Below, piece after piece: positions 44,090-53,116 of a stretch of DNA of 64,000 bases (position 1 is the stretch's first letter; every line of letters starts with the position of its first letter). This stretch comes from Clostridia bacterium (GTDB lineage Bacteria > Acidobacteriota > Terriglobia > Terriglobales > Acidobacteriaceae). Both the position numbers and the translations under genes were made by a program. The DNA lies in NCBI GenBank assembly GCA_035561135.1, contig DATMYA010000023.1, positions 75,886 to 139,885 of the forward strand, written 5' to 3'. The notes beneath the pieces are model-generated. The model was given only the letters and a program-made list of their open reading frames with translations. It was not told the DNA's origin and searched no databases.

Positions 44090-46997
44090 TGACCGCCTTT
44101 CTCATCATGGGGAATTCCATGAAGAACCTGGTGCCCTGTCCAGGCTTGCTTTCCACGCGAATCTTGCCAGCGTGTTCCTGGATGATCCCGTACGTCACCG
44201 ATAGTCCCAGCCCCGCGCCGCCGCTGGCGCCCTGCTTTGGGCGACCCTTCGTTGTGAAGAACGGATCGTAAATTCTGTGAATGTGTTCCTGCGCAATGCC
44301 GCTGCCGGTATCGAACACGGCAACGTGAACGGCGCGGCCATTCGAGGTGCTTACGGTCAGGGTGCCGCCGGCCGGCATGGCATCTTTCGCGTTCAGGAAA
44401 AGGTTCAGGAACACCTGCTGCAGCTTGCCTGGGTTTCCGAGAATCGGCGGAAGCTCGGGAGCCAGTTCGCCATGAACCTTGATCCCCGCGACCTTGAACT
44501 GGTGTTCAAGCAGCGCGAGCGTATCGTGAATGATTCGGTTCAGGTCGACGGCGCTGAACTCGGTGCCGCTCGTACGAGAAAAGTTCAGCAGGTTGTTGAC
44601 GATCTCCGAGGCGCGGAAGGTCTGCTGCGTAATCTTGTCCAGAAGGGCAGAGCGTTTCTCGTCGCCCTTCAACTGCTTCGTCAGCATCTGCGCATAGCTG
44701 GAGATTACGGCCAATGGCGTATTGACTTCGTGCGCCACGCCCGCCGCCAGCAGTCCGATGGACGACATCTTGTCCGCCTGCGAGAGCTGAGCTTCCAACT
44801 CGATGCGTTCCGTGATGTCGTCAACGATAATCAAGCGGCCTATGACTTTGAAGTCCTTCGCAACCAGTGGTGCAATGGCCACATTGACCGTGCGCGTATC
44901 GCCCACGGTCGTGCCCAGGCGGAACTTGTAAAGATTGTGCACACCCGGATTCTGGCGCACACGGTAGAACTCCTCGCAGAAGGAGACCGGCAGAACTTCG
45001 CTGATCGGCTTCATCAACGCATCCACGCGCGGCAGCGCGTACATCACTTCCATTTGCGAGTTCCACGACTCAATGCGGTCGTCCAGATCGACAGCAAATA
45101 CGCCGACGCTGATGGATTCAACAATGTTCTCGTTGAACTCCTTCAGGCGTTCGTACTGCTGGGCTTTCTGCTCCAGCGAGGCGTAGAGCCGCGCATTTTG
45201 CAAGGCGATGCCGATATATCCGGCCACCGTTTCCAGCAGCTCCACATCTTCACTGGAGAGGAAGTCGCCTTGTGAAGTCTTTCCGAGACCCAGCATCGCG
45301 ATCGTGCGGTTCATCACCGTACACGGGATGTAGTAATTCAGGTCGAGACGGCCGATCGCTTCCTGCGCGCTGGGCGACTCTCGCACTGCCTGGTGCGTAT
45401 TGTCGAAGAAGATGTGCCCGGCCGAGTATTCGGGCCGTTCGGCGGTCATAAACGCCAGGTCCAGACCGCTCGTTTGTGAAATACCGAACGACTTGGCCAG
45501 CGTGAAGCGCTCTTCGGCATCGGCCAGGAAGATCGCAATACGATCCACCAGCAGCGTCCGCGAAATGCGGTCAATGATGGCCGTCAGCATCTTGTCGAGA
45601 TCGGTCTCCGAGTTCAGGTCGCGTCCGAACTCGATCAGCGTTTTCCGGTAGTCATAGCGCTTGCGATAAAAAAACTTGTCGAGCCGGTCCTGAATCCAGT
45701 TCTTGACCGGATCGAAAAGCAATGCCGTCACGACAATTGCGGCAATCAGGCCGACAGGCCCGGCCGCAGGAAAACTTTTATGAAACAGTTCAGCTGTGCC
45801 ACCGACGGCGGCAAAGTACACGCCTGCGATCGCGGCGGCGGCGATCGTGTAGGCCATGCCGCGCTTAAAGATCAGGTCAACATCCATTAACCGATAGCGG
45901 AAGATGGCGTAGCCGAACGTCAGCGGCAGGAACACCAGCGACAGCACGCTGATTTTCATCGCCAGCGTCGGCACGCTGCCGTTCAGGTACGGGATGACAT
46001 AGAAGGCAGTGAACGGCAACACCGCAAGAAGCGTGCCGCGCGTCACCCACTTCATCTGCTGGCGCAGAATCGGCGTACCCGCGTGGCGATAGCTATGTAA
46101 AAGCACTCCGGCCGCCAGCACGAAGAACGACGCCAGATAGAGCATCTGCAGGCGATCCATGTTCCAGCGCAGAATCTCACTCGGCGCGAACACGTTGATG
46201 ACCAACAGGTGCAGCGTGAGCAGCAGCAGCGCCGGAACGTATACCGCGGGAACGATCCAGCGGTGGCGCTTCACGATTGCTTTCACCTCAGGGAACGTGA
46301 GCGCAAAGTGCAGGAACATCGCTGGCTGCAGCACCCAGGCCGTCACATTGGACCAGTAAACGATCCAGTCGAACTGGTTCAGCTTCCCCGTAAAATGGAA
46401 CGAGTAGAAGACGAAGGAAACAAGGCAGAATAGATAGAAGTGCGTGGATTTTGGGGCGGTCCAGCGTCGGAGCAGCACGTAGAGGCCAATCCCCAGATAA
46501 ATCAGCGCGATGAACCGAAGTCCGAGGTTCATCGACTTATCGGCCGGTGCGAGAATGAGCGGCGCTTCAACCGGGACAGAGTTGCGGAGTAGTGAATACG
46601 TCGCTTTGGACCAGATGCCGGTGCGGTACATCTGCCGCGTGATGCCAGCGCTGTTCGCTACATTCACGCCGTTGACGGCCACGAGCACGTCCCCGCGCTT
46701 GATGCCTGCCTTTTCGCCCGGACCGTCCGGATCTACGCGTTGCGCATGTACTCTGTCGTTCTGCTCTACCCACCAGACGCCGTCATACGGAGCTTCGTAC
46801 TGGTGCTCCTTGTTGTAGTTGATCCACGCAAAGCTGACAGCAGAAACCGTGAGAACGGCGAGGAGCAAGGCCGAGAACCGAATTTGGAAGTCTTTCGTCA
46901 TCTGCCTGCGCGGTGGACGCTGCTGTGGAATTCGCGTAGAAGTCGGCGACTCCCCACTGCTGTTGAGCAAGTCTGATGCCACCGCACCTTGAGTCAT
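44082..46997 (-). CDS. multi-pass sensor histidine kinase with an N-terminal PDZ-like domain, then GAF, PAS, HisKA and HATPase_c domains
   Basis: The PDZ-like segment is GPGEKAGIKRGDVLVAVNGVNV, followed by about 8 TM helices. The H-box is AAGVAHEVNTPL. The N/G boxes are FLNAKDAMP, DTGSGI and GAGLGLSV. The gene overlaps the regulator gene by 8 nt. The start could be the second ATG (MTKDFQ). Confidence 0.85.
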   Translation of the reverse strand: MTQGAVASDLLNSSGESPTSTRIPQQRPPRRQMTKDFQIRFSALLLAVLTVSAVSFAWINYNKEHQYEAPYDGVWWVEQNDRVHAQRVDPDGPGEKAGIKRGDVLVAVNGVNVANSAGITRQMYRTGIWSKATYSLLRNSVPVEAPLILAPADKSMNLGLRFIALIYLGIGLYVLLRRWTAPKSTHFYLFCLVSFVFYSFHFTGKLNQFDWIVYWSNVTAWVLQPAMFLHFALTFPEVKAIVKRHRWIVPAVYVPALLLLTLHLLVINVFAPSEILRWNMDRLQMLYLASFFVLAAGVLLHSYRHAGTPILRQQMKWVTRGTLLAVLPFTAFYVIPYLNGSVPTLAMKISVLSLVFLPLTFGYAIFRYRLMDVDLIFKRGMAYTIAAAAIAGVYFAAVGGTAELFHKSFPAAGPVGLIAAIVVTALLFDPVKNWIQDRLDKFFYRKRYDYRKTLIEFGRDLNSETDLDKMLTAIIDRISRTLLVDRIAIFLADAEERFTLAKSFGISQTSGLDLAFMTAERPEYSAGHIFFDNTHQAVRESPSAQEAIGRLDLNYYIPCTVMNRTIAMLGLGKTSQGDFLSSEDVELLETVAGYIGIALQNARLYASLEQKAQQYERLKEFNENIVESISVGVFAVDLDDRIESWNSQMEVMYALPRVDALMKPISEVLPVSFCEEFYRVRQNPGVHNLYKFRLGTTVGDTRTVNVAIAPLVAKDFKVIGRLIIVDDITERIELEAQLSQADKMSSIGLLAAGVAHEVNTPLAVISSYAQMLTKQLKGDEKRSALLDKITQQTFRASEIVNNLLNFSRTSGTEFSAVDLNRIIHDTLALLEHQFKVAGIKVHGELAPELPPILGNPGKLQQVFLNLFLNAKDAMPAGGTLTVSTSNGRAVHVAVFDTGSGIAQEHIHRIYDPFFTTKGRPKQGASGGAGLGLSVTYGIIQEHAGKIRVESKPGQGTRFFMEFPMMRKAVNV

Positions 46998-47114
46998 ACA
47001 AGCCGCTAAGTCCTGCGTACTTCTGAAGATTTACAAGTATATATGCCGAATGCCGAATGCATATATTGTTTTTAATATACGTCTTCTAATTTATGTATCC
47101 GCGTACGAGCCCCA

Positions 47115-47142
47115 CAAAAAAGCACAGCCGATCGGCTGTGCT
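47115..47142 (-). terminator. intrinsic terminator after nuoB
   Basis: GCACAGCCGATCGGCTGTGC is a perfect 20-nt palindrome. On the minus strand it is followed by TTTTTT. Confidence 0.8.
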
Positions 47143-47165
47143 GATTCATTCTTCTTTCCCTCAGG

Positions 47166-47744
47166 TCAGGCGCGGTCGGAATATTCCTTCGGCTGAAGCG
47201 TCTGCGCGACCATCACCTGGCGCTTGAAGCTCTCGACCATGTCTTCGTTCAGCCGGACTTCGGTAGGCCGCTTGGCAATGGACATTGTGTCGATTTTGTC
47301 CTGCAGTTTAAGCAACGCGTAGAACAGGTTTTCCGGACGCGGAGGGCATCCCACCACATAGACGTCGACGGGCACGATGCGGTCCACGCCTTGCAGCGTC
47401 GCATACGTGTTGAACGGTCCACCAACCGAGGCGCATGCGCCCATGGAGATAACCCACTTAGGATCGGGCATCTGGTCGTAAATGCGCTTGACCACCGGAG
47501 CCATTTTTAGGGTAACGGTTCCTGCAACGATCATCAGATCGCTGTGGCGTGGGCTCGGACGGAAAACTTCCGATCCGAAACGGGCGATATCAAACCGTGC
47601 CGTGGAGGCGGCGATCATCTCGATGGCGCAGCAGGCAAGGCCGAATGTCATAGGCCAAATAGAGGATTTGCGAGCCCAGCTGAATACGTAGTCTACCGTA
47701 GTGGTAATGAAGTTTTTTTCGAATCGGTTCTCTATCCAGCCCAT
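47166..47744 (-). CDS. nuoB: NADH-quinone oxidoreductase subunit B family protein
   Basis: [33 protein letters not shown] and VVGCPPRPE supply the four N2 cluster cysteines. The ATG at 47744 is preceded by GAGG. The track start at 47828 is TTG. Confidence 0.85.
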   Translation of the reverse strand: MGWIENRFEKNFITTTVDYVFSWARKSSIWPMTFGLACCAIEMIAASTARFDIARFGSEVFRPSPRHSDLMIVAGTVTLKMAPVVKRIYDQMPDPKWVISMGACASVGGPFNTYATLQGVDRIVPVDVYVVGCPPRPENLFYALLKLQDKIDTMSIAKRPTEVRLNEDMVESFKRQVMVAQTLQPKEYSDRA

Positions 47745-47889
47745 CGATACCTCGCTCGGGAACGTAACCGTGTAGTTTCTCAAAGCCACAAACGTTGCGG
47801 CTGTGATGCCTGTCACAGGCGTATCCAATGGCGTATTTGGGAAGTTTAGGCCGCCCGCGAGAGGGTGTCAAACCGCGACAGAAGCTCAC

Positions 47890-47967
47890 GTTTGCGTACT
47901 CACCTCCCGTAAGCTGCGGCATTCGAAGGTTCAGGGTTGCGGCATACTCTGTCCACAGTTGCGGCAT
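47890..47967. repeat. four phased direct repeats G(T/C)TGCGGCAT (one degenerate), period 22-23 bp
   Basis: Copies are GTTTGCGTAC at 47890, GCTGCGGCAT at 47913, GTTGCGGCAT at 47936 and GTTGCGGCAT at 47958. They lie in the 345-bp divergent intergenic region between nuoB and the GT2 gene. Confidence 0.5.
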
Positions 47968-48089
47968 CTAGAGTGGGATTACCATTCACTCCTGCACGCC
48001 TCGCGGGCGTTTCATTGCAGGACCAATCAAGGTACTATGGAACTCTCGCGTAGAGCGCGTGGCATTTGCATGACGGCCAGGAGGTTGTT

Positions 48090-48887
48090 TTGTCCACAGA
48101 AGCTGGTACGGCAAACCGAGACCGCTGGAGCACTGCGGCGCACCCGCTGGAGGAGGCGGTTCGTCCGGTTTACACGACGCTCTCCATTATTGTCCCGGTA
48201 TACAACGAACGCCGCACGGTAATGAACCTGCTTCAGATCGTGATGCGACAGGACGTTGGACATCTCGCCAAAGAACTCGTCATCGTTGACGATCTTTCGA
48301 CGGACGGCACGCGCGAATACCTTCAGGAGATGGATCTAGCATCGCTGTTCGGGCGCGACGGCAACACCGTCAAACTAGTCTTGCACGAGAAGAATATGGG
48401 GAAAGGCGCTGGGGTCCGCACTGCCCTGAGACACGCCAGCGGCGACCTTGTGCTCATCCAGGATGCCGACCTTGAATATGATCCTAAGGATTATCCCGAG
48501 CTGCTGAAGCCTATTCTGGACGGCCACGCCGACGCCGTTTTCGGCAACCGATTCCACGAAGGCGCACACAGGGTGCCACGCTTCTACCGCTACGTGCTGA
48601 ACCGCTGCTTCTCCATCATGTGCAACATGCTGACCAACCTGGCGCTCAACGATGTCACCGCCTGCTACAAGGTCTTTACCCGCGAGGTGCTGGACAGGAT
48701 CAACATCAAGAGCGACCGCTTCAGTCTGGAGACTGAGTTGACCGTAAAGTTGGCGAAGGTGGGCGCGCGCATCTACGAAGTCCCCATCGTCTACCACGGT
48801 CGCACCTATGCCGAGGGGAAGAAGATCAGCTGGAAAGACGGTGTGGCGGCAACGTACCACCTTTTCCGCTACCGGTTCCGCGACTAG
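48090..48887 (+). CDS. family-2 glycosyltransferase (polyprenyl-phosphate sugar transferase-like)
   Basis: LSIIVPVYNE, VDDLSTDGT and IQDADLEYDP are GT2 DxD-type motifs. The TTG at 48090 lies 5 nt after AGGAGG. The track start at 48066 is also TTG. Confidence 0.8.
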   Translation: MSTEAGTANRDRWSTAAHPLEEAVRPVYTTLSIIVPVYNERRTVMNLLQIVMRQDVGHLAKELVIVDDLSTDGTREYLQEMDLASLFGRDGNTVKLVLHEKNMGKGAGVRTALRHASGDLVLIQDADLEYDPKDYPELLKPILDGHADAVFGNRFHEGAHRVPRFYRYVLNRCFSIMCNMLTNLALNDVTACYKVFTREVLDRINIKSDRFSLETELTVKLAKVGARIYEVPIVYHGRTYAEGKKISWKDGVAATYHLFRYRFRD

Positions 48888-48909
48888 GCACTTGGGCAAC
48901 GGCAGTTCC

Positions 48910-48938
48910 GGCGCGGCTACGGCCGCGCCTTTTGTTTT
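48910..48938 (+). terminator. intrinsic terminator
   Basis: GGCGCGGC-tacg-GCCGCGCC followed by TTTTGTTTT. Confidence 0.85.
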
Positions 48939-48998
48939 GCACGAAAATTGTTCTCACCAAATCTAAGGTGAGTCGTCTAACGCGGCAGGAGACAGAAC

Positions 48999-49829
48999 AT
49001 GGCGACGAATCGTAAATCGACTTTGTGGGGTCTCGTAATCGGTACGATATTCGCGTTGCTGGCCGCAGGCGCGGCTCAGGCAGAAGAACGCGAGGAGTTT
49101 CACAAGACATATACGCTAACGGCAGATGGCCGCGTCAGTCTGAAGAACATCAACGGTTCCGTGACAGTGACGGCCTGGGACCGCAACGAAGTTCAGGTGG
49201 ACGCCGTAAAGCGTGCGCGGGATCGTCAGCGCCTGGACGAAGCGAGAATTGAGGTCACGGCCGAAGCGAATTCGGTCGATGTCCGTACGCGTTATCCAGA
49301 GCACGAGGGGTCCTACAACAATCCGGCGAAGATCGACTACACGCTGAAGGTGCCCCGTCGCGCGCTCCTCGACAAGATCGAAACCATCAACGGCAACGTG
49401 ACTGTTGAAGGCGTGCAGGGCGAAGTCCGCGCAAATTCCATCAACGGCAGCACCGTCGGTCGCGACCTCGGCAGCGCCGTAAAACTCTCTTCCATCAATG
49501 GCGAGGTGAAAGCCCTGGTCAGCAGAATCTCCAATGCTGACGCCATCCGCCTGGACTGCGTGAACGGTGCGGTAGAGTTGACGCTACCCTCGGATGCCAG
49601 TGCCGACGTAAAGGCCTCGACCGTGCACGGCGGCATCAACAATGATTTCAATATTCCAGTACAGAAAGGGCGGTTCGTCGGTTCGGCGTTGGAAGCGCGA
49701 CTGGGTTCGGGAAGTGCAAGCGTCAAGTTGTCGAATGTGAACGGAGGAATTCGCATCCTCCACGCATCTGACGGCAAGCCCCTCAGTAAAGTGACGAACC
49801 TTCTGCCCGAAGACCGTCACTTCGACTGA
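48999..49829 (+). CDS. secreted DUF4097-family beta-strand-repeat protein (putative adhesin)
   Basis: Signal peptide, then repeated INGxV strands (NINGSVTVTAW, INGNVTVEG, INGSTVG, INGEVKA, VNGAVEL, VNGGIRI) typical of DUF4097. Confidence 0.7.
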   Translation: MATNRKSTLWGLVIGTIFALLAAGAAQAEEREEFHKTYTLTADGRVSLKNINGSVTVTAWDRNEVQVDAVKRARDRQRLDEARIEVTAEANSVDVRTRYPEHEGSYNNPAKIDYTLKVPRRALLDKIETINGNVTVEGVQGEVRANSINGSTVGRDLGSAVKLSSINGEVKALVSRISNADAIRLDCVNGAVELTLPSDASADVKASTVHGGINNDFNIPVQKGRFVGSALEARLGSGSASVKLSNVNGGIRILHASDGKPLSKVTNLLPEDRHFD

Positions 49830-49931
49830 CTCTTGCTTTCAGCCCCATCACGCTCACGTGTGCTGGGGTACCTTTCGGGGCCACTTCGAAGCGACTTGGC
49901 CCTGGAACGCTCCGCAAGGGGCGACATAAAG

Positions 49932-49968
49932 AACCGCCGGTCCCCTGCCCGAGACCGGCGGTTTTTCT
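49932..49968. terminator. intrinsic terminator between convergent genes
   Basis: AACCGCCGGTC-n13-GACCGGCGGTT followed by TTTTCTTC. Confidence 0.7.
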
Positions 49969-49992
49969 TCCGGACAGATTCTACAACACTCC

Positions 49993-50733
49993 TCAGAGCA
50001 CTTCGTATGCCTTGGGCGGCGACTCGAAATCCGGCTTCCGCGCCGTCAATAGCAGCGCACCGATGCGCTTGAAATCACGAAGCTCTTCCGCATTTGCAAA
50101 CCACTTCCCCGTGTACTCATCCGGAGTAGGGGTCGCATCAGGTATGCGAATCGCCTGGACGTCCTCGAAAGTGTGCCGCTTCAGCATATCCACGTATTCC
50201 TGCTCGGAACGCACCTGCACAGGAACCTTCAGTTCATCAACCCATCGCAGTGAGTAGTGGTTTTCTTTGTAGAGATTGATGAGGATGAACAGCCGCCCCT
50301 GTGGCGCCATGACGCGGAACAACTCGGCGAGCGCGCGCTCCTGGTCGGCATAGTAGTAGAAGGACTCGATGGACAGCACCTTGTCGAAGAAGTTCTCCTG
50401 CCACGGAATGTTCTGCGCCGAACCCCATGCGAACAGCACGTTGTCGAACTCTTTGGAAGCGGCTCGTGCGCGCACGATCATCTCGTCCGAGATGTCCAGC
50501 CCGACCACCTGGCCGGGGCCCTCCGGCCCATCGGCTACCAGGCGCGCCAGGATGCGCGTCGCCCACCCGGCGCCACAGCCAAGGTCCAGCACACGTTCGC
50601 CGGGCTTCAGGTCCATGAGCCGGATCGTCTGCTGGGCAATGCTGAGGTGGTGCTGCTCCATCTCTTCGCCGCGGCCTTCCGCGGCCCATTGGTTGAATTC
50701 GTTTCGAAGAATCTCGTCTGGATCGCTACGCAT
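49993..50733 (-). CDS. class I SAM-dependent methyltransferase
   Basis: VLDLGCGAGWAT carries motif I (GxGxG), together with VVGLDISDEMI and FDKVLSIESFYY. Confidence 0.8.
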   Translation of the reverse strand: MRSDPDEILRNEFNQWAAEGRGEEMEQHHLSIAQQTIRLMDLKPGERVLDLGCGAGWATRILARLVADGPEGPGQVVGLDISDEMIVRARAASKEFDNVLFAWGSAQNIPWQENFFDKVLSIESFYYYADQERALAELFRVMAPQGRLFILINLYKENHYSLRWVDELKVPVQVRSEQEYVDMLKRHTFEDVQAIRIPDATPTPDEYTGKWFANAEELRDFKRIGALLLTARKPDFESPPKAYEVL

Positions 50734-50816
50734 GGGGGGTCGTCGTCCTTTGCCTTGTATGAGGTACTCTGTCGCGCCTTTTTGGCCGATCCAACTATGC
50801 TACATTCAATTCCCTC

Positions 50817-50987
50817 ATGGCTGAAAGTACCGGTAAAAACAGCGCGGATCAGGGCAAGGCGGCACTCTACTGCCCTAACTGCGCACGCGAAGTCAGTGAT
50901 CCCCTAACCTGCGGCGACTGCTCGGCCGTTATCTGCCGCGTCTGCGGAACTCCGCTCGAAGAAGCAGACGAAATGGGAATGGGATAG
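50817..50987 (+). CDS. small (56 aa) cysteine-rich zinc-ribbon-like protein
   Basis: MAESTGKNSADQGKAALYCPNCAREVSDPLTCGDCSAVICRVCGTPLEEADEMGMG has three CxxC pairs within 25 residues. It is below the ORF-track length cut-off. There is no clear SD and GC3 is only about 60%. Confidence 0.45.
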   Translation: MAESTGKNSADQGKAALYCPNCAREVSDPLTCGDCSAVICRVCGTPLEEADEMGMG

Positions 50988-51075
50988 CCAGCGGCTTTCG
51001 CATCGGTGTAGCGCTACGCCGAGCAGACCTTCGCCCTTTTAGGCACATCCAAGAAGTGGCTGGGAGTGTGCCTGA

Positions 51076-52632
51076 ATGGCAGAGCCGTTCCTTATCGCGA
51101 AGTCTGACCGCGAAGAAGTTCGTATGTTGCCCGCCATGGCTAACCGTCATGGCCTGATCGCCGGAGCGACCGGCACGGGCAAAACCATCACGCTACAGGT
51201 CATGGCAGAACACTTCAGCGACATCGGTGTTCCGGTGTTCATGTCCGACGTGAAGGGCGACCTTTCCGGCATCTCTCAAACTGGCATTGATACCCCGAAG
51301 ATCGTTGAACGAGTGAAGCTGCTCAAAATCGATGACTACAAGCATCGCGAATATCCCGTCGTGTACTGGGACGTCTTCGGCGAACAGGGGTACCCGGTGC
51401 GCGCGACCGTCAGCGAAATGGGGCCACTCCTCCTCTCTCGCCTGCTAAACCTGAATGAGACGCAGGGTGGCGTGCTCGCGCTGGTATTCAAGGTCGCCGA
51501 CGACCAGGGACTGCTACTTCTTGATCTCAAGGATTTGCGTTCCATGTTGCAGTACGTGGCCGATAACGCCGCCGAGTTCAAGACGCAGTATGGCAACGCG
51601 TCAGCCGCAAGCATTGGCGCCATCCAACGCGGCTTGCTCGAACTGGAACAGCAGGGCGGCGACAAGCTATTCGGTGAGCCCGCACTTAATCTCGACGACC
51701 TGATGCAGACGGCGTCCGACGGTCGCGGAGTCATCAATATTCTTGCCGCGGACAAGCTGATGCAATCGCCCAAGCTGTACGCGACGTTCCTTCTGTGGCT
51801 GCTCTCGGAGTTGTTCGAAGAGCTGCCTGAAGTCGGTGATCCTGAAAAACCGAAGCTCGTCTTCTTCTTCGATGAGGCGCACCTCCTCTTCAATGATGCG
51901 CCGAAAGCACTGGTCGACAAAATCGAGCAGGTCGTGCGGCTGATCCGCTCGAAGGGCGTGGGTGTGTACTTCGTCACGCAGAACCCGCTCGACGTTCCCG
52001 ACACCGTGCTGGGCCAGCTCGGGAACCGCGTACAGCACGCGTTGCGCGCCTTTACCCCTCGCGACCAGAAGGCGGTCAGGGCCGCGGCGCAAACGTTCCG
52101 CGCCAATCCCAAACTCGACGTTGAAGAAGTGATCACGCAACTTGGCGTCGGCGAAGCGCTGGTGTCGGTACTCGACGAGAAGGGGACGCCGGGCATCGTA
52201 GAGCGTGCGTTCATCGTGCCGCCACGGAGCCAGATCGGGCCAGTTGCGCCGGACCGCCGTCAGCAGATCATTCGCAGCTCCGTTCTATGCGGCCACTACG
52301 AACAGGTGGTGGATCGTGAGTCCGCGTACGAAAAGCTAAAAGCGCGAGCGGCATCCTCGGTTCAAGCACAGCAGCCGCAGGCATCATCGCAGGAACAGCC
52401 AACGGAGACCGCCACGAAAACAGGCGGTGGATGGCTCGATTCGCTTGGCGGCCTCGGCCTGGGTACGGGCAGTACTACGGGCACGCAACACCGAGGCGGA
52501 CGCCAAGCGGACTCGCTCGGCACGGCCATGGCCAAAAGCGCGGCGCGCGCTGTGGGCAGCCAGTTGGGGCGGCAGCTCATGCGCGGCGTGCTGGGCTCGC
52601 TGATGGGTGGCACGACCGGACGACGCCGTTGA
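51076..52632 (+). CDS. DUF853 (YjgR-type, HerA/FtsK-like) P-loop NTPase
   Basis: [39 protein letters not shown] and [12 protein letters not shown] (Walker B) match the DUF853 architecture. The C-terminal tail is Gly/Ser-rich. Confidence 0.8.
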   Translation: MAEPFLIAKSDREEVRMLPAMANRHGLIAGATGTGKTITLQVMAEHFSDIGVPVFMSDVKGDLSGISQTGIDTPKIVERVKLLKIDDYKHREYPVVYWDVFGEQGYPVRATVSEMGPLLLSRLLNLNETQGGVLALVFKVADDQGLLLLDLKDLRSMLQYVADNAAEFKTQYGNASAASIGAIQRGLLELEQQGGDKLFGEPALNLDDLMQTASDGRGVINILAADKLMQSPKLYATFLLWLLSELFEELPEVGDPEKPKLVFFFDEAHLLFNDAPKALVDKIEQVVRLIRSKGVGVYFVTQNPLDVPDTVLGQLGNRVQHALRAFTPRDQKAVRAAAQTFRANPKLDVEEVITQLGVGEALVSVLDEKGTPGIVERAFIVPPRSQIGPVAPDRRQQIIRSSVLCGHYEQVVDRESAYEKLKARAASSVQAQQPQASSQEQPTETATKTGGGWLDSLGGLGLGTGSTTGTQHRGGRQADSLGTAMAKSAARAVGSQLGRQLMRGVLGSLMGGTTGRRR

Positions 52633-52684
52633 GCAGCTTCGGCGCGATAAACTGGGAGGATACCGAAGGGACGACGAGCGCCGA

Positions 52685-53011
52685 ATGCTGACGATTGTGC
52701 TTCTCACAATTTCCAACATCTTCATGACTTTTGCATGGTACGGCCATCTGAAATACAAAAACGCACCATTGTGGCAAGCGATCGCGATCAGCTGGTTCAT
52801 CGCCTCGTTCGAGTACTGTTTCCAGGTACCGGCCAATCGGATTGGCAATCAGCGATTTACCGTCGCACAACTCAAGGTGATCCAGGAGGTCATCACCTTG
52901 ACCGTGTTCTCGGTTTTCTCCGTGCTGTACCTGAAGGAAAATTTCCGATGGAACTACGCGGGAGCGTTTGTGCTCATCGTCGGCGCCGTGATCCTGGTCT
53001 TCAAGAAGTAG
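52685..53011 (+). CDS. DMT-superfamily small membrane protein (DUF486-like)
   Basis: MLTIVLLTISNIFMTFAWYGHLKYKN...FEYCFQVPANRIG...LKVIQEVITL is the typical DUF486/DMT 4-TM pattern. The ATG at 52685 was chosen over the track start at 52607. Confidence 0.7.
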   Translation: MLTIVLLTISNIFMTFAWYGHLKYKNAPLWQAIAISWFIASFEYCFQVPANRIGNQRFTVAQLKVIQEVITLTVFSVFSVLYLKENFRWNYAGAFVLIVGAVILVFKK

Positions 53012-53060
53012 CCGCCGTTATCGCCGTCAGCACTGCGTCATTGGAGGTAATCTCCCTGGC

Positions 53061-53116
53061 GGCTTCCTGTTTCCACGCTTCCCGTTCCAAGCTTCCGTTT
53101 CCAAGCTTCCCGTTTT
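53061..53116. repeat. four tandem copies of a 12-16 nt unit GCTTCC(N)GTTTCCA
   Basis: The copies read GGCTTCCTGTTT CCACGCTTCCCGTT CCAAGCTTCCGTTT CCAAGCTTCCCGTTTT. Two further AAGCTT-like words lie at 53146-53165. The array sits upstream of the 53196 gene. Confidence 0.6.

Noticed and set aside
47590-47967. A 125-aa minus-strand ORF starting MPQLWTEYAATLNLRMPQL, and the idea that a nuoA gene might lie upstream of nuoB (47745-48089).
   Set aside because: The repeated MPQL is a by-product of the ATGCCGCAAC direct repeats. The ORF overlaps nuoB out of frame and has no TM helices, so it is neither nuoA nor a credible CDS.
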